Source: Ginglymostoma cirratum
Lineage: Eukaryota
Direction of reading: 5' to 3'
DNA: 64,000 nt
NCBI GenBank assembly: GCA_024137785.1
Contig: JAHRHZ010000266.1
Location: 260,738-324,737 of the forward strand
The position numbers were made by a program, and so were the translations under genes. Under the pieces are notes generated by a model that made no database searches, was not told the origin of the DNA, and saw only the letters and a list, made by a program, of their open reading frames with translations. Positions 1-11,964 of the stretch are shown here, in pieces. Every line of letters starts with the position of its first letter. The first letter of the stretch is position 1.

Positions 1-111
1 AGTGGAAGAGGAGAAAATTAGTGAGGAAAGATTGATCCAGGGTCATCGTTTGCTGTTAATTCAACACAGAGTCATATTGCTTTATTAAATATCACTCACT
101 ACAGAACTGAC

Positions 112-213
112 CTCCTTTCTTCCTGAAGGTAATGAAGATGATGATGATGATGAGCAGGAAGCTGAGCAGTGGGATGACCAGCTGATATATGGTGGTGGGC
201 TCAGTCCTCCTCA
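112..213 (-). pseudogene. Exon 4, transmembrane exon (RRTEPTTIYQLVIPLLSFLLIIIIIFITFRKKG) with mutated acceptor
   Basis: Hydrophobic run followed by an RKK stop-transfer. GTCAGT donor after 112; an alternative same-phase GTGAGT donor lies after 100. The pyrimidine tract ends ttttacAA instead of ttttacAG. An (ATC)5 repeat encodes the poly-Ile. Confidence 0.8.
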
Positions 214-2398
214 TTGTAAAATGGAAAGAACAATGTTGGTTTCTAATGTCTCAACCCCAGATGTGTTTATCGTTCAGTCATTCTCCAGATTGTCCAAGAT
301 GGTAGTGCTCCTGTCTCTGTCAGAAACCTGTAGGTTCAAGCCCTACTCATAACCTAAGCATGTAACCAAGCCTGATGATATGCAGTGTTACAGTGTCAGA
401 AATGTGGTGTTTTGGATTTGTTGTTAACCCTAGCCAGAGTCTACTTGATCAAGAGGATGCCAAAGACCTTCCACATTTTCCCAGGGAGAGTAGGAAATTC
501 TGCTGGTGGCCTGCCAGGATTTTAAATAACTTACTCGAGCATGTGGTCACGCAGAAATCTTCCAAGTATCAATTGCTCATTATTCCCTTGAACTTGCTAT
601 ATGTGTAAGTGACCACATAGCACATGCCATGCATTGGAATAAATAGGCACCTGTAACAAAAATGGTTCAGAGGACTATTGGTTCTGTGCAGGTTTCATCC
701 ATCAACCAATTGAAACTAGCTGGTGTGGGTTTCCCCACATAATAAAAGCTCTTACACATCCAGAGTTTTTATTTGACTACAAAGCACTTTGGGATGTCTT
801 GAGGATGTGAAGGATGTTCTATCTTTGAAAACTCTCTCTTTGGTATATGCAACTGAATATGTGTATGGAGAGGATCATCAATGATCTCTTGTGGAAATAG
901 TTGCAAATATTGGCAGGGCAGAAATCATGGCCCAGATGCTGTACCTGAATCATGGCCCTGTTCCTGTTCCTGCCCCTGCTCCTGCCCCAAGTTCACATGC
1001 CACTCTCCACCCTAAGCATAGGGGCACCCCAATAGCCCCAGGCCTCAGTTCTTAATCCCTGATGTAACTCCCACCGTCACAAAGCCCTGGTTCTCAGAGT
1101 ACCATTATGTCCCACTTTCCTGCAGTGGAACTTGGGACAGGACTACAGACAATTAGATTGAATGCATAAAAAGGCTGTTTAGCCCTTATCAGTGTCTATG
1201 TTCCAAGAAGGTTATTCCCATTCTAATTCATCCGGTCCTATGTATGCCCTTCTATTCTATGCACCTTCTGTACTTACCTTGCTTTCCCTTCAACATACCT
1301 GTACTATTAAACTATTCATTGTGTTAGGAAGGTCCACATTTCATCCAGTCATCAGGTAATAATATTTTATTTCACATGATTGGTCAGTAATGCTCCAATA
1401 TATATGGCCTTCGTTATTTTCTCTACAAATGTTGAAGCATTTTGACCACATCTTCCTATCAAAACTAGCAACTTTGTCTGTAAAGTCTCTACTGTGCATC
1501 TTTTCCAGCCTTGTTAACTGGCTGTGAAGAGATGTTTCAAGTCCAGAGAAGCCAGTTCACAAAGCCCGCCCTGAAGTATTGTACCTACAGCTCTGTCCTC
1601 TCTACAGCTCACCTTCTTCTCTTGCTTTGAGGAGATGGATGTTCTCTGAGATACTAGTTCCATGTAACTGTCATGTGGAATTATATAATCTTGCAGCAGA
1701 AAAGGTGCCCATTCTTAATTGGAGCAGTCCCGTTCATCCCGCTCCCTCTTCCCTTCCCACAGACCTGTAATTTTCTCCCCTTCAAATACTTACCCAATTA
1801 TCTCCTGAAAGTTCCCATTGAATCTCTCTCCACTGCACTTTCAGGTAGTGCATTATAGATCAGAACAACTCCTGAAAGATGCAGCTGCTTAATTCTGTGA
1901 CACAAAACATAAGTTTAGATGGATATTTTAAATTAACCCACTGGGTATTTCCTGAATCTGGTGCTGACTTAGCTGGGAAAACAGAAGGAGCAGCATTTAG
2001 CTCCTGCTTCAGGTTTGAGTAAGAATTGGCAATCGTGCTACCTCCTCAGAATTCCTGCTCCCTGCTGCTAATCCACATGTGAATGTAGGGCTCAGATAGG
2101 TCCCACATGGCTGTGATGCCTCACACAGTCAGATGGACACTGGGGGATGTACTTGCACTGAAGGGACTATTTCTGCTGAAAGTGTGAACACTTCCATTGT
2201 AACCAAGACGGACACATTAGACTGTTGCACCTTCCTGCTCAAGGAGATTATCTCAATGTCAGTATAACTTTGGGTTGCTTGGAGATTGAACTGAATGTTC
2301 TGAGTGTATCAATGCCTTTTAACACTAACATCAGAATGCACCTAAAAGGATCAGCACATCAAATTATATTAAATATTTTAAAAATCAAACTTCAAACA

Positions 2399-2510
2399 CA
2401 ACAGCAAAATACTGCAGATGCTAGAAATTTGAAACAAAAATCAAAATGCTTCAAATACTCAGCAGGCCAGAAAACACCTGTGAAGAGAAGCTGGGCTAAT
2501 GACCTTTAAC
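2399..2510 (-). mobile_element. Degenerate PLE 3' end (pLTR/tail)
   Basis: actgcagatgctagaaatttgaaacaaaaa...ctcagcaggccag resembles the reverse complement of the 14340-14465 unit. Confidence 0.5.
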
Positions 2511-2601
2511 CAGAAAATCAAATTGAAAGAAGTTTACAGAACCTGTTACACTCTCACTGTACACAGTTTACAGACTGAAGAATATGTGAACAGTTTCTTA
2601 C

Positions 2602-2949
2602 CATATACCTGAAGCCGAGTCTGTTTCTGGATCAGGTGCTGAAAATTGAGTCCTGATCTGTATTCCACCTGACACGGGTAAGTGTGATTGTCCCTCACAC
2701 GCAGTTAGTTTATCCTGGTCAAGGCATTTCCTTCCTCTGGGTTCCCGATGAGCTCGTATCGATTTCCACCATTTACAATTGTCCGATTTCCCTGTGATTG
2801 GGCTGAAAATGTAACGATATGTTGGTGGGGCTTCTTCCTCATCCAGGTAATAGTGGTCAGGGTGTCGGAGTCTCTGGTTATGAAGATACAGGGTAAAGTA
2901 ACTGAATCTCCCTCTGTCCCGCTCACCACTGAGGTATTTCCCTGAGCAG
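2602..2949 (-). pseudogene. Exon 3, second V-set Ig domain with in-frame stop
   Basis: ttttccttag acceptor, GTAAG donor, 348 nt. Translation EGDSVTLPC..ITW..RYELIGNPEEGNALTRIN*LRVRDNHTYPCQVEY...TRLQVY; the frame stays V-like after the TAA at 2707-2705. Confidence 0.85.
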
Positions 2950-3619
2950 CTAAGGAAAAGACAAACATCAGAATTGATGAGGTCAGTGTGCAGAAGTTCT
3001 TGATTGAATTTGTTACACTCCTTTCAACTTCATATTTAAATAAAAATTTAAGAACGCCCCTCAAGTCTCTCATGGGTCTATCCTAGACATTCTGTTACAA
3101 GAGTCAAAATGATCCCCAACTGTCTCCTGACCTGTCATTTTGAAATCCTTGATCACAAGACACTTACAGATCAGGAAATCTACCGAACTCAGCTAAATCC
3201 ATTCATTCAGAACCCAACATCTCTCCTTCCATTGTAAAATGTTAATATGTTTTTAAATTAGTTCAAGGATTCTACAGTCTACTCTGATCTCTCTCTGTCC
3301 AGGAATCACATTCTAAGTATGACCACACCTTATATGAAGTAGAACCCCCTGATAACACTCCTAATGTGACCTTTCACTAGTTCAAAACTGTGACGTTCAC
3401 TATGAGCACAGGTTAATTCAAATATGCGTTCCAGATTAATGTTTTTGACACCAATTGTGATTTTTTTGGTGAGGCGAAGATCAGCTTCATGGCTGTTTAC
3501 CACCTTCAAAGGTGAACAACACTGACAGAGGTTCCTCCTCCCCTCCGTATTAAATGAGGGACCTCTCAACATCTACCAAGCCCACTCAGAATCTTACATG
3601 TTTCAATAAAATCAGTTGT

Positions 3620-4075
3620 CATTCTTCAGGAACTAACTGCCCCATCTTATCCTTAGGCAACAGAGACAGTTAGTAACACAATGATGTTCTCAGTCAATGG
3701 TAGCTGGACATGAGCTGAACTCATGTCCTCAACCAATGGGAGGGAGCTGTATATTACATCACACTCCCCCAACCCCTTAGCAATATGCTGATCCCATGAG
3801 AGCTCACCCAATGGTGATAGAACAGGGCTGTCATAGGAGCTTGAATCCTCAGTGGTGTTTTCTTTGTTTGCTACCTGAGAACACTCAAGACAGTTTGAAC
3901 ATGATAAATGAGTGTGTGAGAGACTGTGAGAGGTTTCAGAGTCAGGGGTGGAATGGTCTATAAATCCCAGTCTCCTTCCCCTCTCTTTCTTTCGCACTGC
4001 CTCCTGCCTGGGACCAACTGAATGAGGCCAGGACAAGGAGCCAACGCAAGAGCTCCTGGACTAGCTGGAGCCTGT
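3620..4075 (-). mobile_element. Possible old LTR retrotransposon 3' end (PPT + LTR start)
   Basis: The minus strand reads a purine tract GGGGGAG into TGTGATGTAATATA, with a short palindrome ggacatgag-ctgaa-ctcatgtcc nearby. Confidence 0.3.
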
Positions 4076-4124
4076 CCCCATTAAGCTGTCAGGGCAGTGA
4101 CACCATCAGGACATTGTCCCTCAC

Positions 4125-4508
4125 CTTCCACTTCCAGATTTGTGCAATGCTGTGTTTGAAAACTGTTAATATTGAGCTCCACTCGACACCGATAAACACC
4201 AGCATCCTCCTGGCTCAGTCTGTCCATCATTATTGAAACATCTTTGTTGCTGAGGTTCCCCACAAAACTAAATCGATTCCCACTGTCCCGCTGTATCACA
4301 TTCTCACACAGCTCACCCTGGGAATGGCCTGGACTAGGATATGTACAGTTAAAGATAACACCTTTGTTAGATTTAATCCATATCACGGATCCGGTGAGTG
4401 TAAGATTAGTGTCTGGGTGGGTGAAGCTGCAGGGTAAGACAACAGATCCTTCTTTCTCAGTCCTCACACCATCTGCGACTGTCATTGACCAAACACTAGC
4501 AGAAAACT
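4125..4508 (-). CDS. Exon 2, V-set Ig domain resembling the Siglec-15 V domain
   Basis: Polypyrimidine-CAG acceptor, GTGAG donor, 384 nt. Translation WSMTV...VLPCSFTHP...IW...IFNC...ELC...NRFSFVGNLSNKDVSI...DAGVYRCRVE parallels the Siglec-15 motifs (WSMQV, VLPCTFTHP, VFRC..ELC, GRFRLLGN, YFCRVE) as recalled. Confidence 0.9.
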
Positions 4509-4844
4509 CTGTGAGGGGGGAAAGAGAGAGAGTGTTAATGTTATATTAACCCAGCACGGATAGCAAGTAGTGAGGTGGTGTATTGACTAAGTACAGGAAT
4601 AGGGGAAGGATGGATATCTCATCTTGACACACTGGGCTGAACGGCCTCCTGTGCTGTAAATTACCAATAATTCTATGAATCTTCGGAGTTCTGTCCCCCA
4701 AAGAGCCATGGATTCTCAAATGCTGAATATGTTTTGGGGACTAAGAGAATAAAAGGACATGGGATACCTTCCTACGTGGAGTTCATGTGGAAGAATAGCC
4801 AACTCTGTCTCCTTTTTTAATGGAGGATGATGTTATTTTTGCAG

Positions 4845-4970
4845 AAGAACAAATACAGTGGATACTGGAAGCTTATAACAAAAAAAGAAAATGCTAGAAA
4901 TACTGAACAGGTTAGACAACTTCTGTACAGAGAGAAACAAAGTCAATTGCCAGGATTTTCATTCTTGAGG
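4845..4970 (-). mobile_element. Degenerate PLE 3' end
   Basis: Same layout as 2399-2510 (aaatac..ggatactggaa..aaaaagaaaatgctagaaatact..agagagaaacaaagtcaa). Confidence 0.4.
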
Positions 4971-5235
4971 CAGGTGGTGGCAATCGTGGAACTTTTCTGG
5001 CTCAGCTTCCCTGCCTTAAGAGAAAGTGCCTGCAAAGTGGAGGAGGGGAAAGTGCAGGCTGTACTCTGACTGCAGGCTGACCTAGTCAAATATAGTGGCT
5101 GCAGATATCCAGAGCTGTGAGACTTCATTCCAGTTACAATAAAAGCTGAATACTCTCCAACCCTCACCTTTCACACTCCTCACATTAACCCTACCCCAAT
5201 GAACTCCCTATTCCCATCCATGTCACCTCTTGGAG

Positions 5236-5592
5236 GTGGCACAGCAGCTCATTGGTTAACGCTGCTGCCTCACAGTGCCAGAGACCCTGGGCTTGATTCC
5301 ACACTCGGGCAACTGCCTGTGTGAAGTTTGCACATTCTCCTTGCATTTGTGTGGGTTTCATCTGGGTGTTCCAGTTTCCTCGCATAGTCCAAAGGTTAGG
5401 TGCAGCTTAGGTGTACTGGCCATGGTAAATTGCCCCGTCATGTCCAGGGATATACAGGCTAGGTGGGTTAGCCATGGGAAATGCAGGGTTACAGGAATGG
5501 GGTGGATTTGGATGAGATGCTCTTTGGAGGGTCAGTGTGGACTCGATGGGCCGAATGGCCTGCTTCCACACTGGAGGGATTCTATGATTCTA
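5236..5592 (+). mobile_element. HE1-like tRNA-derived V-SINE
   Basis: tRNA-like head, V-domain-like core (gtgtgaagtttgcacattctcc...), CR1-type tail ending gattctatgattctat. Confidence 0.85.
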
Positions 5593-8073
5593 TTTGGAGT
5601 TCTTTTAAAATGGTGCATCATAGCCTGTCTGATAATAATCAAAACTTAACATGGCTTCCATGCTAACTTTGATGAATCATTATTCCACAAAGCAAAATCA
5701 GTTATGATGGACTTTCCAGTAGTATCATTTCACTCTCAGAAGTTTTGAATTCTCACACCTTTAGAAGAGTTAAACAAATTCTAAAGGTTTCCCTTTGTGG
5801 TTCCTGCTGAGATAACATGGCATTTCTTTTCCGGCTGTAGTAAATCAACAAGGACAGTCATATAACTTCTGGGAGCCACTTTGCAGGATTGTGTGTCAAT
5901 TTTCACAGACTGGCTAGCCTTTTCATAATATATATAATAGTGTAATTACACAGTCCTGACAGACTCCAAATTTATGAAAATGGGTAATGAGACACACTAC
6001 CTTAAATGTCTCACCAATGATTTCAGTGAGCAAACTGCAAGAGGATGGTCAAAGACTAGAGGCATAGACCCATAGAAATGATTCGGCACAGAAGGGAGCC
6101 ATTCAGCCCATCTTGTCCATGCCAACCCAAAGACACCCAGATGCTCTTTCTAATCCCATCTTCCTGCATACGTGCAATAGCCCTGCAGAATACAGCACTT
6201 AACATGGCAATCCAGGTTCCTTTTAAAAGAGTTTAGGGTCTCTATCTCCACTGTCAACTCAAGCAGCAAATTCCAGACATTCCCTCAACCTCTGCATTAA
6301 AAAAGATTTTTTCTCCTGTTCTATCTAATCTTTCTGCCATTTAGCTTGAATTTTGAACTCTCTGCCAAGGGAAATAGGTTTCTCCTGTCTTCTCCATCTC
6401 TATCCTTCACAATTTTGGAAATCTTGTGGAGTAGCAGACTTCCCTCACCTATGTCCGGGATCGATTAGGAGCAGCCGCCTACCCGGGAAATGTGGAAGAC
6501 ATACTGGACTTCAGGTGAGACTGAAGATTCAGGATTTCACAATTCCCCCTCCCCAGCATACTCCTGGCAAATGCCCAAGCCGCTGAGAACAGTAATGGAT
6601 GAAACTAAAGCTAGACTCACCTTTCAAAGGCAATTGAGAGATTGCTGTGTGCTCTGTTTAACAGAGACATGGGTCACTCCTGCTATACTTAACTGTGCCT
6701 TACAACCTCAGGGTTTCTCAATTCACTGAATGAACCACTAAACTTCCTCAGGCAAGGCAAAGTGCGGTGGGGTCTGTCTCCCAATCAACACGTCTTGGTT
6801 CTCAGGCGTAGTGACCCTTGCAAATTGCTGCTTGCTAGAATATCTTATAGCAAAATGCCATCCGTACTACTTGCCGTGTGAATTCGCCTTTGCTACCCCA
6901 ATAGCAGTCTACATCCCACCCCATGCAGAAGTGGAGAGTGCACTTGATGGAGTATACAAAGGTACAAATAGTCTTATGACAGAATACTCCAAGGTCTTGT
7001 TGATCATATCCAGTGACTTCAACCAGGCCAACCTCAACAGCATGCTACCACAATACCATCAACATGTCTCCTGTCCAATCAGAGTTCTGGACGTCCTTGA
7101 CCACTGCTACACAACCGTCAAAGATGCCTACTACTCTGTCCCCAGTCTGCATTTTGGAAAATCAGATCACAACACTATGCTCCTCCTCCCAGCTTACAAA
7201 CAGCAACTGAAGTGTAAGGACACAGTACAGAAAGTAGTACAGTGCTGGTCTGAGGCAACAGGACTGCTTAGAGTCAGTGGACTGGTCCATATTCAGCAGC
7301 TAACCTAAACAGGTGTGCTACTACCATTACAAGCTTCATTAGTAAGTGTGTAGAAGATATTAAGAAATGAAGAAATTAATCCAAATGTTCCCTAACCGGA
7401 AATCATGGATGAACCAGGAAATCCACTCCCTACTGAAGGGCAGGTCTGAGGCGTACAAGTCAGGCAGCCCTGACCTATACAGGAAATCCAGATATGACCT
7501 CCATAAGGCCTTCGGAGATGCCAAGAGACAATACCAAACTAAGCTTGAGACCCATATTAATTACAAGGACAAGGTGTGGCAAGGTTTACGTGACGTAGTG
7601 GGCTACAAAGCAAAGTCAAACAGAATCACAGGCAACAGTACATCCCTACCCAACAAGCTCAATGCATTCCATATTCGCTTTGAACAGAAGGTCAGTGAAA
7701 CAATGTCACCTATCCCAAAAGCCTCAGTTGCACCTGTACCCACGGTCACTTCTGCAGACGTCAGATTGAACTTCTTGAGAGTGAACCCATGGAAAGTGAC
7801 TGACCTGGATGGAGTCCCCAGCTGTGCACTCAGACCCTGTGCAGAGCAGCTGGCGGGAGTATTTGCAGACAGCTTTAATCTCTCCTTACTCCAATCTGAG
7901 GTACCCACCTGCTTCAAGAAGACCGCCATCATCCCGATGCCAAAGGAAATGCATACAGTGTGCCTCAATGACTGCTGACTGGTGGCTTTGACGTCCATCA
8001 TTATGAAGTGCTTTAAGAGGTTAGTCATGGCTCACATCAACTCCAGCCGACCAAATTGCCTTGATCCTCCTAT

Positions 8074-8413
8074 GAGGAGATGATGGCCTCGTGGTATTAT
8101 CGCTGGACTGTTATTCCAGAGACCCAGATAATGTTCTGGGGACCTGGGTACGAATTCCACCACAGCAGATGGTGGAATTTGAATTCAATAAAATATCTGG
8201 AATTAAGGATCTAATGATGACCATGAATTCATTGTTGTCAGGAAAAACCCATCTGGTTCACTAATGTCCTTTAGGGAAGGAAAGTACCATCCTTATCTGG
8301 TCTGGCCGACATATGACTGCAGACCCACTTGACTCTTAACTGCCTTCTGGACAATTGGATAGTGATAAATGCTGACTAGCCAGTGACGCCCTCATCCCGT
8401 TAATGAAAAAAAA
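8074..8413 (+). mobile_element. tRNA-headed SINE (SacSINE1/Deu-like) inserted in the Rex1 element
   Basis: A/B-box-like head, central ccatctggttcactaatgtcctttagggaaggaaa core, A-tail; short atcct duplication at the junctions. Confidence 0.7.
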
Positions 8414-9117
8414 ATCCTTTGTAATTCACCCACCAGAGCAACAAGTCCACTGCAAATGCTATCTCCCTGGCCCTACATTCATCCCTGAAACATCTGGATG
8501 GCATATATACCACGGTCAGGCTCCTACTTATTGACTACAGTTCCACCTTCAACACCATAATTCCAACAAACTCATCTCTAAACTCTGAGACTTAGGTCTC
8601 AGCTCCTCCTCTAAAACTGGATCCTCGACACCCTGACCCATAGACTGCAATCAGTAAGAATAGGCGACAACACCTATGAGTGCAAGTCTGCGTACTCAGC
8701 CCTCTACTATACTCCTTATACGTTCACAACTATGTGGCCAAATTCTGCCCCCACTCCATTTACAATATTGCTGATGACATCACTGTTGTAGGCTGAATCT
8801 CAGACAATGACGAGACAGAATACAGGAAAGAGATTGAGTGCTTAGCGGCATGGTGTAAAGACAACAATCTCTCCATCAACGTCAGTAAAATGAAGAAGCT
8901 AGTCATTACTTCAGGAAGTGGAATGAAGGACACACCCCTGTCTGCATCAACGGTGCTGTGGCGGAGATGATTGAGAGTCCAGTTCTTGGGAGTGATGATC
9001 ACCAATAATCTGTTTTGGTTCACCCACTTCAATGTGATGGTCAAGAAAGGACAACAATGTCTCTACTTCCTCAGAAAGCTAAGGAAATTTGGCATGTCCA
9101 CAAGGACTTGCACCAGC

Positions 9118-9452
9118 GTGGCACAGTGGCTCAGTGGCCAACACTGCTGCCTCACAGTGCCAGAGACCCTGGTTCAATTCCAGCCTCGGGTGACTGTCTG
9201 TGTGGCGTTTGTACATTCTCCCCATGTCTGCGTTGGTTTCCTCTGGGTGCTCCAGTTTCCTCCCACAATCCAAAGATGTGCAGGGTAAGTGGATTGGCCA
9301 TGTTAAATTGCCCATAGTGCCCAGGGATGTTTAGGTTAGGTGGGTTAGATACAGGAAATTAGGGGAATGGGTCTGGGTGGGATGCTCTTCAGAGGAGCAG
9401 TGTGGACTTATTGGGCCGAATGGCCTGTCTCCACACTGTGGGGGTTCTATGA
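9118..9452 (+). mobile_element. HE1-like SINE
   Basis: Matches 5236-5592 end to end. Confidence 0.85.
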
Positions 9453-10299
9453 ATTTTTAAAGATGCACCTTAGAAAGCATCTTATCTGGATGCATCACAG
9501 CACAATATGGCAACTGCTCTTCCCCAGACTGCAAGAAACTACAGAGAGTCATCAACACAGCCCAGTCCATCACGCAAATCTGCCTTCCATCCATTGACTT
9601 TGTGTATACTTTCTGCTACCTCAGAAAAACTACCAACATAATCAAAGACCCTTCCCATCTGGTTATACTGTCTTCCACCAGGCACAAGATTTCAAATTTG
9701 AATACATGTAGAATCAGATTCAAGAACAGCTTCTTCCACACTGTTATCAGACTTTTGAACAGAGCTCTCAATTGTTAATTCTGATCTCTCTCTCTGCACG
9801 TTCTCTGCAGCTGTAGCACTCGAGTGTATTCTGCACCCTGTGCTACTTCCCTGCTGTACTTTCTGTGGTACGGTCTGCCTGTGTAGCATGCAAAACAATA
9901 CTTTTCACTGTATCATAGTGTAAGTGACAACAATAAATAATCAATCAATCTCAATCGTGTCATTCCTCAGCCTTGTCAGTTTCAAGGAAAACAACCCCAA
10001 CCTCCTTTACTAAAGTATGTTGTGTCCCTGTTGTACTCACATTTTCTGTGGTGGGTTTAGTTTGTATTTGCCTCATAGAAACAGCAATTACACATCATTC
10101 AATAAATCTGAATGGTCAGCCTGACAGTAGCACTCATTTTGATGAAGCAGCAGGTTTGGATTTTCATGTACATTCACAGTAACAGGAAACTTAGTTAGCC
10201 GAGCAAGTTAGCGTTTCTCTCTCTCTGAAACCTGGCTGTGACTGAAGCATCTTTTTCACCCCTCACAGTCTGAGTGCCCTCATCACCTTAGGTCACAGT

Positions 10300-10556
10300 A
10301 TAGGGATATGGGGTAGATAATTTATGACTGAGGTGAGGAGAAATTTCTTCACCCAGAGAGTGGTGAGCCTGTGGAATTCTCTGCCACAGAAAGTAGTTAG
10401 TGCCAAAACACTGAATGTTTTCAAAAAGCTGATAGATATAGTTCTTAGAGCTAAAGGCCAAGGAAGTATTGAGTTGGACGATCAGCCATGATCATATTAG
10501 TTGGCAGAGCAGGCTCAAGATTTAATTGGCCTACACCTGTTCTCATTTTCTATGTT
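10300..10556 (+). mobile_element. CR1/HER1-like LINE 3' end
   Basis: F.TEVRRNFFTQRVVSLWNSLP motif followed by a typical 3' UTR. Confidence 0.75.
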
Positions 10557-10806
10557 CCTTTTTGTACTGTCTGACTTGATGCTCATGCGGTATTGGTTTA
10601 GTGGTTTTAGTTAAATAATTGTACCCTGTTTTGATGTTCGCTGGTAAGGCAAACATTTCTTCCAGTTTAGAAACTGAGTGAAGACATGACACATTGTGCT
10701 GGATAACACAAGGCTTTGGTCACTATAATTAAGTTAACAGATCATGAAAACAGCAATTACACGTTAACAAAATGAATTTGAACAGTTAGCATAAGAAAGC
10801 ACTTAC

Positions 10807-10867
10807 TAGAACCCTGCACTGAGACCGACAGCAGGACTATGGAAAGCCAAATGTAGAGAGAACTCAT
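10807..10867 (-). CDS. Exon 1, signal peptide MSSLYIWLSIVLLSVSVQGS
   Basis: ATG with A at -3, 20 mostly hydrophobic codons plus 1 nt, then a consensus GTAAGT donor (10806-10801). Phase 1 matches the V1 exon. Confidence 0.85.
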
Positions 10868-11080
10868 CGTCAGTCGTTCACCTTTGTCATTGGCTGCTTC
10901 TCGCCTTTTGACACTGAATTAGAGAAGTTACTTCAAATGTTTCTTTACTTCCTCTGAAAACCCCCACAAAATACTAAACAATCTCAATCAAGAGAAGAGT
11001 AAGTGGGCAGTCCATGCTTGTTTAGCAGTAGCAGAGATATTTATAAATCCATGAGAAAACTGAGGCACCAACCACATCAT
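10868..11080 (-). promoter_or_regulatory. Putative proximal promoter/5' UTR with Ets/PU.1, RUNX and TATA-like motifs and a short uORF
   Basis: On the minus strand: GAGGAAGT (10954-10947), TATAAAT (~11045-11039), TGTGGTT (11076-11070), and uORF MTKVND* (10890-10870). Confidence 0.45.
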
Positions 11081-11409
11081 CTGCAGAGGACAAAAGTGCT
11101 GCATCAGCTTCACGAAACTATAACAGTAGAGGCAACATTTTCTATTTCAGAGTCAGCGTCAACAATCCTAGAGCTGGTGCAACATGACATTTCAATATAC
11201 AGTAGAGATTCCTCCAGGGGTTGATGAGCTCAGTTAGTTGGATGCCAAGAGCACAGATTCATGTTCCACACCAAGGTCACCATGAAGCTCCTGCCTTCTC
11301 AACCTTGCCCCTCGTCCAAGGCATGATAAACCTTAGGTTAAACCACCACCAGTCATCCCTCACCAATGTAAGAGTGGGACTCTGGTGACCTTATTTTTTA
11401 AAGTATGCT

Positions 11410-11925
11410 CTACATTGTTGCCATTAAACATCCCCAGGGCAGGGACAGCATGGGGTTAGATACTGAGTAAAGCTCTGTATTAACTTTACCCATCAAAAAC
11501 TCCCAGGATAGGCTTAGGACAGCATTAGATAAACAGTAAACTTTCGTCTACACTTTCCACTTCAAACACTCCCTAGACAGGTACAGAATGCAGTTAGATA
11601 CAGAGTAAAGCTTCCCTTACTTTTATTTTAAACTGAGAGTAAAGCTCCTCTACTCTTTTAAACTGAAAATAAAGGTCTCTCTACACTGTCCTATCAAATA
11701 CTCCCAGCACAGAGATAGCACAAAGTTAGATACAAGTTAGATACTCTACTCCTTCAGACTGAAAGTAAAGCTCTCTCCAGACTGTCCCGATCAAACACTC
11801 TCATAACAAGGGCAGCATGGGGTTAGATATAGACTGCAACTCTCTCACACTTTGCTCATCAAACACTCCCTAGATAGATACAGCATGCAGTTAGATACAG
11901 AGTAAACTCCTCTACACTTTCACTA
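11410..11925. repeat. Degenerate ~60-70 bp minisatellite (about 8 units)
   Basis: Recurrent acactgtcc.atcaaacactccc...acagcatggggttagatacagagtaaagct units. Confidence 0.85.
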
Positions 11926-11964
11926 GGAAATATGAGGCTATCCTCCTCACTACTTATCACCCAT

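Larger units (their letters stand above)
6420..9956 (+). mobile_element. Rex1/Babar-type LINE, decayed, near complete (APE + RT)
   Basis: Motifs TETW, PYYLP.EF, AVYIPP, DFNQANL, GKSDH, FKKTAIIP, IDYSSTFNT, IADD; 3' end aataaa(tcaa)n. Interrupted by two SINEs. Confidence 0.8.
112..10867 (-). pseudogene. Siglec-15-like Ig-superfamily receptor gene (SP-V-V-TM; cytoplasmic exons off-window), probably pseudogenised or a null allele
   Basis: Four phase-1 exons join in frame: 10867-10807, 4508-4125, 2949-2602, 213-112. There is an in-frame TAA at 2707-2705 and a non-canonical AA where the TM-exon acceptor AG is expected (215-214). Confidence 0.8.

Noticed and set aside
920-1140. Pro-rich stretch as a stalk or C2 exon of the receptor
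   Set aside because: It is Pro-rich only on the plus strand; no convincing minus-strand splice sites or Ig cysteines were found.
3653-4036. 127-aa ORF as a host exon
   Set aside because: No splice signals or domain; better explained as an LTR-element remnant in intron 2.
4125-4508. Antigen-receptor V segment (Ig, TCR, IgNAR) or the true SIGLEC15 orthologue
   Set aside because: The exon includes the G strand and ends in a splice donor with no RSS. The domain order and the lack of a TM Lys differ from SIGLEC15, so no symbol was assigned.
11410-11925. CRISPR-like repeat-spacer array
   Set aside because: Eukaryotic context, whole units are homologous with no unique spacers, and there are no cas genes.
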